NCBI GenBank assembly: GCA_965198175.1
Contig: OZ240245.1
Location: forward strand, 1,216,001-1,280,000
From: Candidatus Poribacteria bacterium
GTDB taxonomy: Bacteria; Poribacteria; WGA-4E; PCPOR2b
Direction: 5' to 3'
DNA: 64,000 nucleotides
Of the stretch, positions 30,138-40,838 are shown piece after piece. A program made the translations under genes and the position numbers. The notes beneath the pieces were generated by a model. That model saw nothing but the letters and a program-made list of their open reading frames with translations. It had not been told where the DNA came from and did not search any database. Numbering within the stretch: position 1 is the stretch's first letter; the number at the start of each line of letters is the position of its first letter.

Positions 30138-31088
30138 ATGATTAAAATTGCAGCGCTGACGGCTGCCAAGTACGATTGGAGCCACGGTGTCAATTTCAGC
30201 CAGATTATCAACGGTTGCACCCCGGAGCGTGCAAAAGCGGCAGGTATAAAGTTTATTGCGCCTGCCGCTGGACCACTGTGCGAGGATGCCCAAGTGGTTG
30301 CGCTCTGGACTCCTGACCCCGATCGAACGCGGGTTGTTGCGCAAGCGCTTAAAATTCCGGATGTTCTTGATCAGCCGGACGAGGCTGTGGGACAGGTGGA
30401 TGCGGTTATCTCAAGCGACGATGGGTGTGAAGAGTGGGCGGATCGGAACGCGTCTTGGGCGGAACCCTATATTGCGGCTGGCACTCCGGTCTTTCTAGAC
30501 AAGCCACTCAGCCACTCCGCGAAGCAGTCGGATGAAATTGTCTGCCTTGCGCGGGATAAGAACACGCCAATGCTTTGCTGCTCAGGAATTCGGTATACGC
30601 AGGCTGTATTAGACCACAAGGCTGGCTTAGCTGACTTGGGCGACATTATTGCCGCGGACGGCGCCGGCCCGCTGGGTTGGCTTTTCTTCTACGGCGTACA
30701 TGTTATTGATCCGTTGACATCACTGATTGGCACCGGCGCCCAATGGGTGGAGCATTTAGGTGGAGAGACGCAGCACGTCGTTGTCGTTGGCTACGAAGGC
30801 GAGAAAACGGTGTGTTTCCGCTCGTTAAAAATGGCTTACGGGTTTCACTTCAGTCTGTTCGGCACCGGCGGGGTAGCTCGATTCTCTATTCTGCCCGATG
30901 AACCCGACTTCGCGGAAGAACATTTCCACGTCCGCACGGTGAAAGCGGCTATTGAGATGTTTCGCACAGGCAACATGCCTGTGTCTTACGATGAACAGTT
31001 GGAAGTTGCCAAGATTCTCACCTATGCGAAGGCATCTCTTCTGAGTGGCGGGAAGAGATACCTCCTCAGCGCCCCACCACCCAACTAG
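30138..31088 (+). CDS. Gfo/Idh/MocA family oxidoreductase
   Basis: PVFLDKPLS, CSGIRY and FFYGVH motifs; AAAGGAG RBS. Confidence 0.75.
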   Translation: MIKIAALTAAKYDWSHGVNFSQIINGCTPERAKAAGIKFIAPAAGPLCEDAQVVALWTPDPDRTRVVAQALKIPDVLDQPDEAVGQVDAVISSDDGCEEWADRNASWAEPYIAAGTPVFLDKPLSHSAKQSDEIVCLARDKNTPMLCCSGIRYTQAVLDHKAGLADLGDIIAADGAGPLGWLFFYGVHVIDPLTSLIGTGAQWVEHLGGETQHVVVVGYEGEKTVCFRSLKMAYGFHFSLFGTGGVARFSILPDEPDFAEEHFHVRTVKAAIEMFRTGNMPVSYDEQLEVAKILTYAKASLLSGGKRYLLSAPPPN

Positions 31089-31228
31089 AAGCTTGTAGTT
31101 CAATGCCTCTTGGCGCGGCACATACCTCGTGGCTTGGTATACCACGAAACGAAGCGAAAGTTCGTTGACGGTTGTCGGTATGCTCTCCTCCTCTGTCCTC
31201 CGAAGTTTTTCTGTGTTGTAGAAATCAA

Positions 31229-31257
31229 TTGACACAATTTCCGATTAGTGATAATCT
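31229..31257 (+). promoter_or_regulatory. Candidate sigma70 promoter
   Basis: TTGACA-17 nt-TAATCT upstream of 31491. Confidence 0.4.
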
Positions 31258-31490
31258 TTCGCTGTTAGACATTCTTATGCCGATTTCGTGCAATGCGAGT
31301 GGAGCTTTCACTTTCATTGATAATGAAGAACCCCGGACTTTACTTTGCATAGAAGTTTCTCAAAGGTTCCTTGAGGGAATCTAACACGTTTGTTCGGTTT
31401 TTAATACTCTCACATTGAAACACTCAAGCGACGTAACCCAATATCCGTTATCTGGGGCATTGCGGATTGCGGGACTAAGGAGGAACAACA

Positions 31491-32306
31491 GTGAGAAAAG
31501 CATACAATCGATTTGTGTTGGGAAGCGTGTGTTTGCTCATAATCGCAGTGACTTTCGCCGCCATAGGCGGCGCTGAGATTGACACAGCACATGTGGTTGG
31601 CGCTTGGCTGCTGGACGAGAACGAAGGCGACGTGGCTAAGGACGTGTCCGGCAACGGCAATGACGGCAAGCTCCTGAACGGCGCCAAGTGGGACAAAGGC
31701 AAGTTTGGGTCGGCGCTCTTGTTCGACGGCGTGGACGATACTGTGCAAATACCGAGTAGTGCCGGAGACAAGCTGAATCCAGACACGCAGATTACGATTG
31801 CAGCCTGGATACAGCGCCACGATGTCGAGGAGTCTCCGGGCTACATGATTGTGGGACGAATGGACACGGTACAGTCGAGGACCTACTACCTCGCGTTCTG
31901 GATGAACAAGTTCCAGATGGAGGTCGCGCACGATGGGACGGTGGGTAACCGGACGGTGATAGAGTCGATTGAGGAGATAGTCGACAAGGAGTGGCATCAT
32001 TTAGCTGGCACGTTCGACGGCGAGGAGATGCTAATCTACGTCGACGGCTCCCCCGCGGGTCAGGCTCCGCCGTTCATAGCCGGTGAGGGGGGGATTCACC
32101 AGAACGACTCCGACGTTTTTATTGGGTACGATAAGGTAGATGGCGGCTTCTTCTTCAACGGCCTCATTGATGAAGTCATCATACTGGACATTGCGCTTGC
32201 CGAGAAGGACATCGTCACCTTGATGGAGGACGGCCTTAGACAAACGCTGGCGGTTTCGCCGGCGAGGAATCTCGCAACCCTTTGGGCAACTCTCAAGCGC
32301 AGTTAG
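31491..32306 (+). CDS. Secreted LamG-like protein
   Basis: AAGGAGG RBS; GAWLLDE..G..AKDVSGNGNDG, WHHLAGTFDG, GLIDEV; tail VSPARNLATLWATLK. Confidence 0.88.
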   Translation: MRKAYNRFVLGSVCLLIIAVTFAAIGGAEIDTAHVVGAWLLDENEGDVAKDVSGNGNDGKLLNGAKWDKGKFGSALLFDGVDDTVQIPSSAGDKLNPDTQITIAAWIQRHDVEESPGYMIVGRMDTVQSRTYYLAFWMNKFQMEVAHDGTVGNRTVIESIEEIVDKEWHHLAGTFDGEEMLIYVDGSPAGQAPPFIAGEGGIHQNDSDVFIGYDKVDGGFFFNGLIDEVIILDIALAEKDIVTLMEDGLRQTLAVSPARNLATLWATLKRS

Positions 32307-32392
32307 CACTGAACCGTGAAAGCCGCGTCGAGCCTGTGACCATGAGCAATTGACTCTTCGGAACGAGTAGCTAGCTTGGAAGGACGATCTGG

Positions 32393-33187
32393 GTGCGATT
32401 CGACCAGTCTCTCATCGTTTTCATCCTGGTTGCGGTAGCCAACCCGACGTTCGGTGCCGTGGCCGATGGCATCATCTCCGTCTGGACGTTCGATGACGGA
32501 ACAGCGCGCGATCTTTACGGCCGCAATGATGGGATTTTGCACGGCGGTGTGCGGTTCGCGGAAGGCAAGAACGGTCAAGCTGCGGACCTCGACGGACTCT
32601 TTGCCTACGTCGAAGTGCCGCATAACAACTCTCTCGAACCCCTCGCACATGAATTGACCATCTGTGCGTGGGTGTACGTGCGGGATACCGGCCGCAGCGC
32701 AGGCATATGGAAGGGGGAGATGATCGAGGGGGGACCGCACTACTTGTTTCGTATCAGTTTTGCGGCTGAGAACCAAGTCGGGCGGATGGGATGGGGCGGC
32801 AACACGGGTGCTGCGAGGGGCGAGGGAGCGTTCTTTTCGGACGAGGACTACGAACGCCGATGGATGCACGTGGCGGAGGTACTCAATGGAGATACGATTC
32901 AGGCTTATGTGGATTTCCAGCCCGTACTCGCGGAGCCAAAGCGGCTCAATGCGCCCTACGCGCTCTTTCCTAAAGAACCGATCCGGATCGGGATGTCCCA
33001 AGGGATTGCAGGTGTTTTGGGCAATAAGACGTACCTCGACGGCATGATTGACGAGGTCGCGCTCTGGGGGCGGGGGCTGTCGAACGAGGAAATCGCGCAA
33101 CTGGGAGATCTCCGCAGGTTCTTGGCAGTCTCGCCGGCGAGGACGCTTGCAGCCTCGTGGGGCGCCGTGAAGGCGTACATGCAATAG
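32393..33187 (+). CDS. Secreted LamG-like protein
   Basis: WTFDDG.ARD..GRNDG, LTICAWV, DGMIDEVALW.RGLS; tail VSPARTLAASWGAVK. Confidence 0.85.
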   Translation: MRFDQSLIVFILVAVANPTFGAVADGIISVWTFDDGTARDLYGRNDGILHGGVRFAEGKNGQAADLDGLFAYVEVPHNNSLEPLAHELTICAWVYVRDTGRSAGIWKGEMIEGGPHYLFRISFAAENQVGRMGWGGNTGAARGEGAFFSDEDYERRWMHVAEVLNGDTIQAYVDFQPVLAEPKRLNAPYALFPKEPIRIGMSQGIAGVLGNKTYLDGMIDEVALWGRGLSNEEIAQLGDLRRFLAVSPARTLAASWGAVKAYMQ

Positions 33188-33796
33188 GCATCGCAGTCGT
33201 CGGATTTCCTTTCATATTAGGAGCGAAGCCTCATACCTACGACGTTCCTTTTTCCCTACTACACTCGATGCAGCACTATCCATGCACTCCTTAGGTCCCT
33301 TATGCTAGGTCATGCCCTTCCGGAACTTCCCGCCTGCCATCCGTATCAGACATACCCAGCCCATTTGAAATGCGTCAGAGAGTATACTCGCGCATCGGAT
33401 TATCACCCCTCCTATTGCCACCAGACTCACATTTTAACGTGAGTTCGATATATAAGGATGTAGACCACAAGCAGATCTATGAGGGGACGAGTGTGTGAGC
33501 CAGCGAGTGTGTGGATTTCCCCGCTCCTACGTTATCAATATCTGCACCAACACTCGCTTCTTAAGTCGAAATGACGTAAGTCAGCTGCTCACATCTTTTT
33601 AAGGCTTACTCCGATTGGATTGTTCTTGCTCGGCATTCGGTAACCGGAGCGTTGCCGCAACACGACTTAAGTAGGCGGACATAAATTTTGGTAGATAATT
33701 GTAGCGGCTAGTGATAAAATAGTTTTCTGACTGTAGGTGCAATTTTTGACGTAATCTTAACGGCAATGCAGTACCCTTTTTCTGCGGGAAAGCCTC

Positions 33797-34486
33797 ATGG
33801 ATTTGAAAGAAGCCAAAATTCGGATTGAGGATGAAGGCTATTGTGTGTTGGAAAATCAACTAGAACCGCGTGAAGCCGAGCGTCTTGATGCACTAGCGCG
33901 CCCCTTCATGGACCACAATGAGGGGTATATCAACCTGGAGGGCGCGCTCAACTATATCCCCGAACTCGCGCCGTTGTGTATTCATCCCCCCATGCTTGAA
34001 CTTGCGGAGCGCATTCTCGGCGTGGGTTTTGTCCTACCAAATGTCTGCATGAAGTGGTGTAAACCCGGGGCGGGGGCTGGAGGGCTGCATGCGGATTGGC
34101 CGCTAGGGGACATGCAGAAGCCGTGGCCCAAATCACCGACACTGATTCAAGTCTTCTGGATGCTCACGGATTTCACGGCGGAGAACGGCGCTACCCGCGT
34201 AGTGTCTTTCAGTCACCATACAAGACGAGCCCCAATGCCGGATCGAACGTATTCACAGGAGATACCTGTGGTTGGGAAAAAGGGATCTTTACTCATCTTC
34301 CACAACAACCTCTGGCATCGGAGTGGCGCTAATACCACCTATGACCAGCATCGTATGGTTATGAATACCGGCTACATCCCCTGGTTTATCGACCGCCCGA
34401 AAGAAACCTGGCCCCTGGTGAAGCGTGAAATCTATGACCAATTACCGCCTCGTTTGCAAGAGTTGCTGGGCCGTTCCGTTGAATGA
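33797..34486 (+). CDS. Phytanoyl-CoA dioxygenase (PhyH) family protein
   Basis: LHADW, WMLTDFTAENGATRVV..SH and LWHRSGANT..R motifs. Confidence 0.9.
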   Translation: MDLKEAKIRIEDEGYCVLENQLEPREAERLDALARPFMDHNEGYINLEGALNYIPELAPLCIHPPMLELAERILGVGFVLPNVCMKWCKPGAGAGGLHADWPLGDMQKPWPKSPTLIQVFWMLTDFTAENGATRVVSFSHHTRRAPMPDRTYSQEIPVVGKKGSLLIFHNNLWHRSGANTTYDQHRMVMNTGYIPWFIDRPKETWPLVKREIYDQLPPRLQELLGRSVE

Positions 34487-34542
34487 TGATCGCGGAGTTA
34501 AGCATCGCACCGGCACCGCATAATTGAGGGAGAGCCACTAAA

Positions 34543-36789
34543 ATGAAAACTGCGGTTTTGACCTCGCTAATTGCCATTTTGAACGTTGTTTTGTCAAATC
34601 CCCAACCCGTCTCTTGCCAACCCGACAAGATGAGTCTAAAGAAAAATGTGGCATGGGCGATTCCTGTGCAGAACATAGTAGTCGTGGTGAGTGAAGCGCC
34701 AACAGATCTCGAATCATACGCATCAAATGAATTGGTCAAATACCTCAGACTGCTTTTCGACATCAGCATATCTAAGGAACATGGGCGAAACCTTGCGGAA
34801 GATTCGGCACACCAGCCAGCAATAATCCTCGGCACTCCGCAATCGAATCCATTACTGGTGGAATTATTGACGCGTGACCGCGTTCCGTTTGATGAAGAAG
34901 ATCCGGGCGACGATGGTTATGTCATAAAGAGCGCAACCTATAAAAACCAAAATGTTGTCCTCATTGGTGGGAGTAATGAAAATGGTGTGTTATATGGGGT
35001 GTACGAATTCTTGCAACTGTACGGCATTAGGTTTTACTCAACTGGCGATGTCCTGCCTGATAACCCAAACCCGTTTTCACTTCCAGTTCTAGATTTCAGG
35101 GAGAAGCCCTACTTTAGAATAAGGGGTCTGAACAACTTCCTGAACATGGACGTGATTGACTACACGAAGGAACAGCCGGCTGATTATCCTTTCAAAGAAT
35201 CATATATGGATTATGGGTTTGTGCAGTGGAATGATTATGCGCGGTTTTTCGATCAGATGGCAAAATTGAGATTTAACTATATTCACTTCGGCTTAAATTA
35301 CATCTATTTGCCAGGACACGACTTCATCCCGCAGTATTGGCATTTTAAGTATAAGGGGTTGGGAACGGACGAACTAGAAACCTCAAAAAATGAAATTGTC
35401 CTCCGGCAAGCAATGGCTTATGCAAAAAAAAGGGGATTTACGGTTGCCGTTGGCATTGATTTGACAAACGTGCCGCCTGAGATACGGGACAATTTTGGAG
35501 AGTTGAGCGATAAAGAAACCCCCGATTGGCGGGATGCGACAGATCTGGTGCTTCAAGAGATGGAAAGGATGAAGGTCAGAAGGTTGAGAGAAACCTTTCC
35601 AGATGCGGATTATCTCTTTGTGTGGTCGGGGGAGGCGCCCGCACCGTGCGGTAATTCGGACTGCGTTGGTTTCATCGATCAATACAGAGATGTGTATGGA
35701 ATTGACTATGATTCGCTAAGAAAAGGCGGGTATCATCTCACAGGTTATGAGCGGTTTGAACATGTCGCTCTACTAAATGAATCCTTGTTAAAACATCCTG
35801 AGTTTTTGACATCTCTGCAACCGGCACATCTTGGGTTCGGCGCTACGGGCATGACTAGTCTGTATCCTTTTCTGGATCAAATAATACAGTCGGATATGAT
35901 TGTTTTGACCAACTTTTCACACTCAGATTGGGCGTTGCCCGATAGAATAGACGACGCTGCTCCGGTGTTCACGGGTTCATACGACAGGATTTTCAATACG
36001 GCGATTGGCTTTGATATGATCCAGGACCATCCGCAGGGCGGGGTCATCCCAGCGAGATTGGGGTTTATCAAAGCAATTCAACACGGTTTTGATGGATTTC
36101 ACGCGGGGTATTGGCGGTTATGTGGATACGAGCATCTTGCAAGCTACATATCAATAGCAAGTTGGAACCCTACGATAACAGAAGAAGATTTCTTCAGAGA
36201 CTTTGTGACGAACTTCTACGGCGTTCATGGAAAAGGGGTTGATGACCTAGTGAAAGCCTATTTTCTACTTGAAAGTCATTCATGTTTATTAAACTTGCCG
36301 TACGGCACCTTTGGTCCACATCTGAAGGATTCGATTCACAAGGAATACATTCAACCGATACTAGAAAAGTACGGAGATCAATTTGATTATCAGAAGAATC
36401 CATATTCTTATTCTAGCAGGGGGGCGATGGAACAAGTATTGGCGCTTTTTCAATCTGCATCGAGTTTTGTTAATACCGATGGGGGCAGAAAAAGGATAAA
36501 AGCCTACATTTCCAATGAACTCCAAAGGATCATGGCCGACGAGGAATTGATGTATAATTTTTATCGAAGAGTGGAATCACTTAAAGCGGAATTTGCCGCA
36601 GCAGAACACGCCGGAGATAAGAAGGAAGTTAGCGCCCAACTTGAGCAGGTGTTGCATGCGGCGGTAGATTCGAGAATTTCCCAACACCGAGGGTGGTGGC
36701 CCAGTATTTCAGGGTATATGCACGACTACGGGACTAAAATCTTGGGAAAATTTGGCGAGGAACTGTCTGACAACGTAATCGACGATTGA
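34543..36789 (+). CDS. Secreted glycoside hydrolase-like protein (GH67N/hexosaminidase domain-2-like N-terminus, TIM barrel)
   Basis: YASNELVKYL, DDGYVI...IGGSNENGVLYGVYEFL, P.FRIRG and FFDQMAKLRFN. Confidence 0.65.
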   Translation: MKTAVLTSLIAILNVVLSNPQPVSCQPDKMSLKKNVAWAIPVQNIVVVVSEAPTDLESYASNELVKYLRLLFDISISKEHGRNLAEDSAHQPAIILGTPQSNPLLVELLTRDRVPFDEEDPGDDGYVIKSATYKNQNVVLIGGSNENGVLYGVYEFLQLYGIRFYSTGDVLPDNPNPFSLPVLDFREKPYFRIRGLNNFLNMDVIDYTKEQPADYPFKESYMDYGFVQWNDYARFFDQMAKLRFNYIHFGLNYIYLPGHDFIPQYWHFKYKGLGTDELETSKNEIVLRQAMAYAKKRGFTVAVGIDLTNVPPEIRDNFGELSDKETPDWRDATDLVLQEMERMKVRRLRETFPDADYLFVWSGEAPAPCGNSDCVGFIDQYRDVYGIDYDSLRKGGYHLTGYERFEHVALLNESLLKHPEFLTSLQPAHLGFGATGMTSLYPFLDQIIQSDMIVLTNFSHSDWALPDRIDDAAPVFTGSYDRIFNTAIGFDMIQDHPQGGVIPARLGFIKAIQHGFDGFHAGYWRLCGYEHLASYISIASWNPTITEEDFFRDFVTNFYGVHGKGVDDLVKAYFLLESHSCLLNLPYGTFGPHLKDSIHKEYIQPILEKYGDQFDYQKNPYSYSSRGAMEQVLALFQSASSFVNTDGGRKRIKAYISNELQRIMADEELMYNFYRRVESLKAEFAAAEHAGDKKEVSAQLEQVLHAAVDSRISQHRGWWPSISGYMHDYGTKILGKFGEELSDNVIDD

Positions 36790-39599
36790 ATTTAGCAATG
36801 GTTAATTCGCGTGATCAGGAAACAGTTGGAATCGGTGGAGAGAACGGGTTTTCGGCTCAGCCGGGACGAGTGCGCCCAATGTGGCGGTCAAAGCTCCGAC
36901 GCTTGATACGGTTGGACGGGGAGTGGACATTTGCAGTTGATGCCGAGGACATAGGCGAGAGGGACGAATATTATGTTGATCCGAGCCGATTTGTAGACCG
37001 AGTTCAAGTCACCGGGAATTGGAACGCCCAAGGGGTGGGAGGAATCGCGACTTCATCGTTCAAGGCGCAAGCTACAGGGCCAATGAAACCGGCGCTGCAT
37101 GTTAAACTGAGAGGCAGCTATTTTGGAACTGCTTGGTATTGTCGGCACGTGAAGATACCCGCGGACTGGCGAGGGAGCCGCGTGTTCCTCACCTTTGGTG
37201 GCATTATGCCGAATCTACGACTTTGGCTCAATGGACGAATCGTTGCGGCGCGCTCAGCGAATGGAACCCCGATACGGTTTGATGTAACCGACTGGATTGC
37301 GTACGGCGAAGAAAACTCTATTGTCGTGAAGATTGACAACCGCGAGGAAAACATGGCACTGTTCAGCCACCTGAATCATTATTCACGCTGGGGTGGTCTG
37401 TATCACAGTGTTGAGCTCGAAGCAATTAGCTCCATCTGGATACAGTCTCTGCGCGTGATTCCGGACATTGACGCCGAAACTGCGCGGGTGTCGATTCGTG
37501 TTTTGAACGCTACATCTGCGACATTCACGGGCGAACTCCGAATCGTGGTGACGAGTTTGACTGACGGGGAACGGTTTACTGCGGAAGCGAGACTTGACTT
37601 ATCAGCGAATCAGGCGACGGAAGTTACAGCATCGGTGAAGATCCAGCCGGTTCGCCTATGGTCTCCCGAGCAACCGGAATTGTATCGCATCGATTCGGAA
37701 CTTTGGATTGCCGAGGATTCGGTGGATTCGTATTCAGATCGGTTTGGTATGCGTAAGTTGGAAGACCGGGAAGATAAAGTGTATTTGAACAACCGCCCGT
37801 TTTACATTCGTGGCCAGCACTGCAATTGGTTCTGTGCGCGGACGCTTTCTCCGCCTGTCGACAGAGGGGAATGGAGGCGATACCTCTCCAAGTTCGTGGC
37901 ATACGGCTACAACTACCTTCGTACACCGTGGATTCTGCCGGACGAATTTTTCCAGATTGCGGACGAGATTGGGATTGCTGTCCAACCTTCACTCGACTAC
38001 GTGAACAACAATCCAAAGTTTGCGTCGTATGGGGATGAACTTCTCGCGCGTCAACTCTCGGAAGTGGTTAGTTGCTTCTTTAACCATCCTAGTTTGTTCA
38101 CCTACGAACTGAGCAATGAAACATGGGAAGGGAATCCACGAGTCACACGTCTTTATCATCTAGCCAAAAAGTGGGATTCCACACGGTTCGCAATGGATTC
38201 CGACGGCGTGTGGCCGGACAATCCGCCCCGACGAACAAACGACCTCCGTCTCGTCCACCCTCACAATCATGGCAAATCTTGGCAGGAATACATGGAAGAA
38301 ACATCCGAAGTACATCCAGAGGACAAACTCAAGCCGGTGGTTATGCATGAATACCTGAATCTACCTACACTGCCCGATGTTGGAACCATCCCGGCTTATT
38401 CGGGAGGGATGGTTGCGCCAACCTACCTTCGAGAAATGCAGGATTGGTTGGAGGGAGAAGGGCTTCTCAAAGACTTTCCGCGGTATTTGCGTAGTTCCTA
38501 CGCCCTGCAAGCAATGTATACTAAGGAGGGTATAGAGATTTGTCGCAAGCATCCACACAGGGGTGGTTACAGCAATTGTGCATGGAGCGATACGACACCG
38601 AATGCAATGACCTGGGGAGTGCTCAATCAGTTTCTTGAAAAGAAGGGGACGACTGCGGTGGAAAGTCGACGCTACAATGGCGCATCTGTTCTTCTTGTGA
38701 ATCTTCCGACGAGTGGTCGCAGCGGTTCGCGGGTCATTCCGAACTATACATACTATATGGACGAAGATGTCGACGTGGAATTCCTCGCCCACGATTTCTC
38801 TGTATTTCCCATCCGCAAGGGCCGTTTGGATTGGACGCTTGATAGCGATGGTGAAGTGTTGGCTGCAGGTGCGTTTGAGTCTGTTGATGTACCTCCTTAT
38901 TCGCTTTCCACGTGTGGACAAACAACGATACCAGCCGTGCGCCGTTCTCATCCCTGCAGAACGGAGTTGACCGTTCGATTTGAGGCAGAAGAGAAGGTTC
39001 TCAAAAATCGGTGGCCGCTCTGGTTCTTTCCGAAGCCTGAACCCGCAGGCTTGGAAACCGAGAGGATTTTTGTCGGTGAGCACGTTCGCCCGGCATTGCA
39101 GCGTCTCTTACCTTCAAAACGGTTTGCAGATTCGCTTAACGACGCAACATTGGCAGTCGTGTCAGAACTACATCTGGTGCGTGATTATTTGGATTTGGGT
39201 GGACATGTCCTCATGCTATCGGTTGGGAATTTTTCGCATGTGCAAACGGGGTTCTGGCCAGGTTGGTATGTGTCCGGAAATCGTAATCTCGGAGCCGTCG
39301 TCGCGCACCACCCTGCGCTGGGGGATTTTCCGCACGATGGATATGCTTCGTGGCAATTCCGCTTTCTCCTAGACCAAGCGGTGTTCCCGCTCGAAAGCGA
39401 CATCGCTATTAAGCCCGTCGTCTCCGGAATTATTCGTTGCACGCGGGACACCAAAGCGCTTCCAAGATTGGCTGCTCATTTGTTCGGAGCCAAGGTGGGT
39501 GCTGGTTTTCTATTGGGGACAGGGATGCGCTTGCTTGAAGCTCGGCCTGAAGCGGAATATCTGCTGGATTGCCTCATTCGTTATCTCATGAAGCATTGA
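36786..39599 (+). CDS. Glycoside hydrolase family 2-like protein
   Basis: LDGEWTF, GTAWYCR, LWSPEQPELY, RFGMR...YLNNRPFYIRG, NHPS....LSNE and PVVMHE. Confidence 0.85.
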   Translation: MNLAMVNSRDQETVGIGGENGFSAQPGRVRPMWRSKLRRLIRLDGEWTFAVDAEDIGERDEYYVDPSRFVDRVQVTGNWNAQGVGGIATSSFKAQATGPMKPALHVKLRGSYFGTAWYCRHVKIPADWRGSRVFLTFGGIMPNLRLWLNGRIVAARSANGTPIRFDVTDWIAYGEENSIVVKIDNREENMALFSHLNHYSRWGGLYHSVELEAISSIWIQSLRVIPDIDAETARVSIRVLNATSATFTGELRIVVTSLTDGERFTAEARLDLSANQATEVTASVKIQPVRLWSPEQPELYRIDSELWIAEDSVDSYSDRFGMRKLEDREDKVYLNNRPFYIRGQHCNWFCARTLSPPVDRGEWRRYLSKFVAYGYNYLRTPWILPDEFFQIADEIGIAVQPSLDYVNNNPKFASYGDELLARQLSEVVSCFFNHPSLFTYELSNETWEGNPRVTRLYHLAKKWDSTRFAMDSDGVWPDNPPRRTNDLRLVHPHNHGKSWQEYMEETSEVHPEDKLKPVVMHEYLNLPTLPDVGTIPAYSGGMVAPTYLREMQDWLEGEGLLKDFPRYLRSSYALQAMYTKEGIEICRKHPHRGGYSNCAWSDTTPNAMTWGVLNQFLEKKGTTAVESRRYNGASVLLVNLPTSGRSGSRVIPNYTYYMDEDVDVEFLAHDFSVFPIRKGRLDWTLDSDGEVLAAGAFESVDVPPYSLSTCGQTTIPAVRRSHPCRTELTVRFEAEEKVLKNRWPLWFFPKPEPAGLETERIFVGEHVRPALQRLLPSKRFADSLNDATLAVVSELHLVRDYLDLGGHVLMLSVGNFSHVQTGFWPGWYVSGNRNLGAVVAHHPALGDFPHDGYASWQFRFLLDQAVFPLESDIAIKPVVSGIIRCTRDTKALPRLAAHLFGAKVGAGFLLGTGMRLLEARPEAEYLLDCLIRYLMKH

Positions 39600-39708
39600 C
39601 GGTGCAATAGTAACTAATGACGTGTTCCATTAGTTACCGACGAAATTTGTTGTGTGTACTCTATAACTATGAGAAAATAGAAAGGAAAATACCCGAGGGA
39701 GATTTGAG

Positions 39709-40545
39709 ATGAAATTGGAAGGAAAAACTGCATGGGTAACCGGCGCTGGTTCTGGGATGGGAAAAGCCGTGGCGACACTTTTTGCATCTGAAGGGGCGAA
39801 TGTGGTTCTGGCAGAAATGGACGAGGAACGAGGGGAGAAAGTCACTCGCGATATATTGAAGCAGGGAGGACGGTCTGTATTTGTGAAAACCAATGTAGCG
39901 GTTGAGGAAGATGTGAAAACAAGCATCAAGGCCGCCCTTGACTCTTATGGGAAACTGGATATCGTCATCAACAACGCAGGGTTGGGGGCGAACTGCCCCT
40001 CATGGGAAGATGTGATTCGCGTGAATGTACAAGGAGTTTATTATGGGTGCAAACACGGTATAGAAGCCATGCTCAAAGAAGAGGGCGGCACAATCATCAG
40101 TACCTCCACGGCATGGACAGTCTATGACGAGGATGACCAGGCCGCCTCGAGACTAAAGACCGCAATGAAGGAGGAACTTGATGACTGGGCGCAATCGCTT
40201 ATCGGACTTGTAAACGATTCAATGGCAGCTTATCTATTATCCAAGCGTATGGTCAATCACATCACTAGATACTTCGCAATGGAGACAGCAAAACGCAACG
40301 TCCGCGTCAATGCTATTGCCCCCGGTTGGGTAACGACGGAAGGTATGGGGCGCCCGCTCACAGAATCCGAGGAGGCCTACAAGAAACACTCTGCCGTTAT
40401 GCCGATGAACCGATTGGCAACCCCGGAGGAGATTGCGAGAGTAGATCTCTTTTTGGTTTCAGATGATGCCTCCTTTATTACGGGCGCCATTCTGCCGGTT
40501 GATGGCGGATACTCTGCGTCCCAAAGGCTGCAAGCTGGGAATTAA
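39709..40545 (+). CDS. Short-chain dehydrogenase/reductase
   Basis: TGAGSGMG, NNAG, YLLSK, VRVNAIAPG and ITGAILPVDGG. Confidence 0.92.
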   Translation: MKLEGKTAWVTGAGSGMGKAVATLFASEGANVVLAEMDEERGEKVTRDILKQGGRSVFVKTNVAVEEDVKTSIKAALDSYGKLDIVINNAGLGANCPSWEDVIRVNVQGVYYGCKHGIEAMLKEEGGTIISTSTAWTVYDEDDQAASRLKTAMKEELDDWAQSLIGLVNDSMAAYLLSKRMVNHITRYFAMETAKRNVRVNAIAPGWVTTEGMGRPLTESEEAYKKHSAVMPMNRLATPEEIARVDLFLVSDDASFITGAILPVDGGYSASQRLQAGN

Positions 40546-40838
40546 GCCGGACCAATTCAATTTTCGCACTGATGTTGCTGCCACACAGGCGGATGCGCGT
40601 TGCATCTGAAAAGTCAGCGTATAGTGCTGGTAAGGGTAATAATCTTTGATCGTTTGATAAATGTATGCGATGTGCAATTGCAACCCCCAAAGACCTGTAG
40701 TTCAGCGATACAGTGCCTGTGCTAACTGGACAAGCCGCCGTCACTATCAGGTTCCAAAGCGCGATAAATCACGTAACTACGGGCGAGGTGCGTAATTCCG
40801 GTTTGGAAAAATCGTGAAAATCAGCACGAGGAGTAACA

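Noticed and set aside
31410..33184. Long minus-strand ORFs of 196 and 293 aa
   Set aside because: They are antisense to well-supported LamG genes in GC-rich sequence and show no recognisable motifs.
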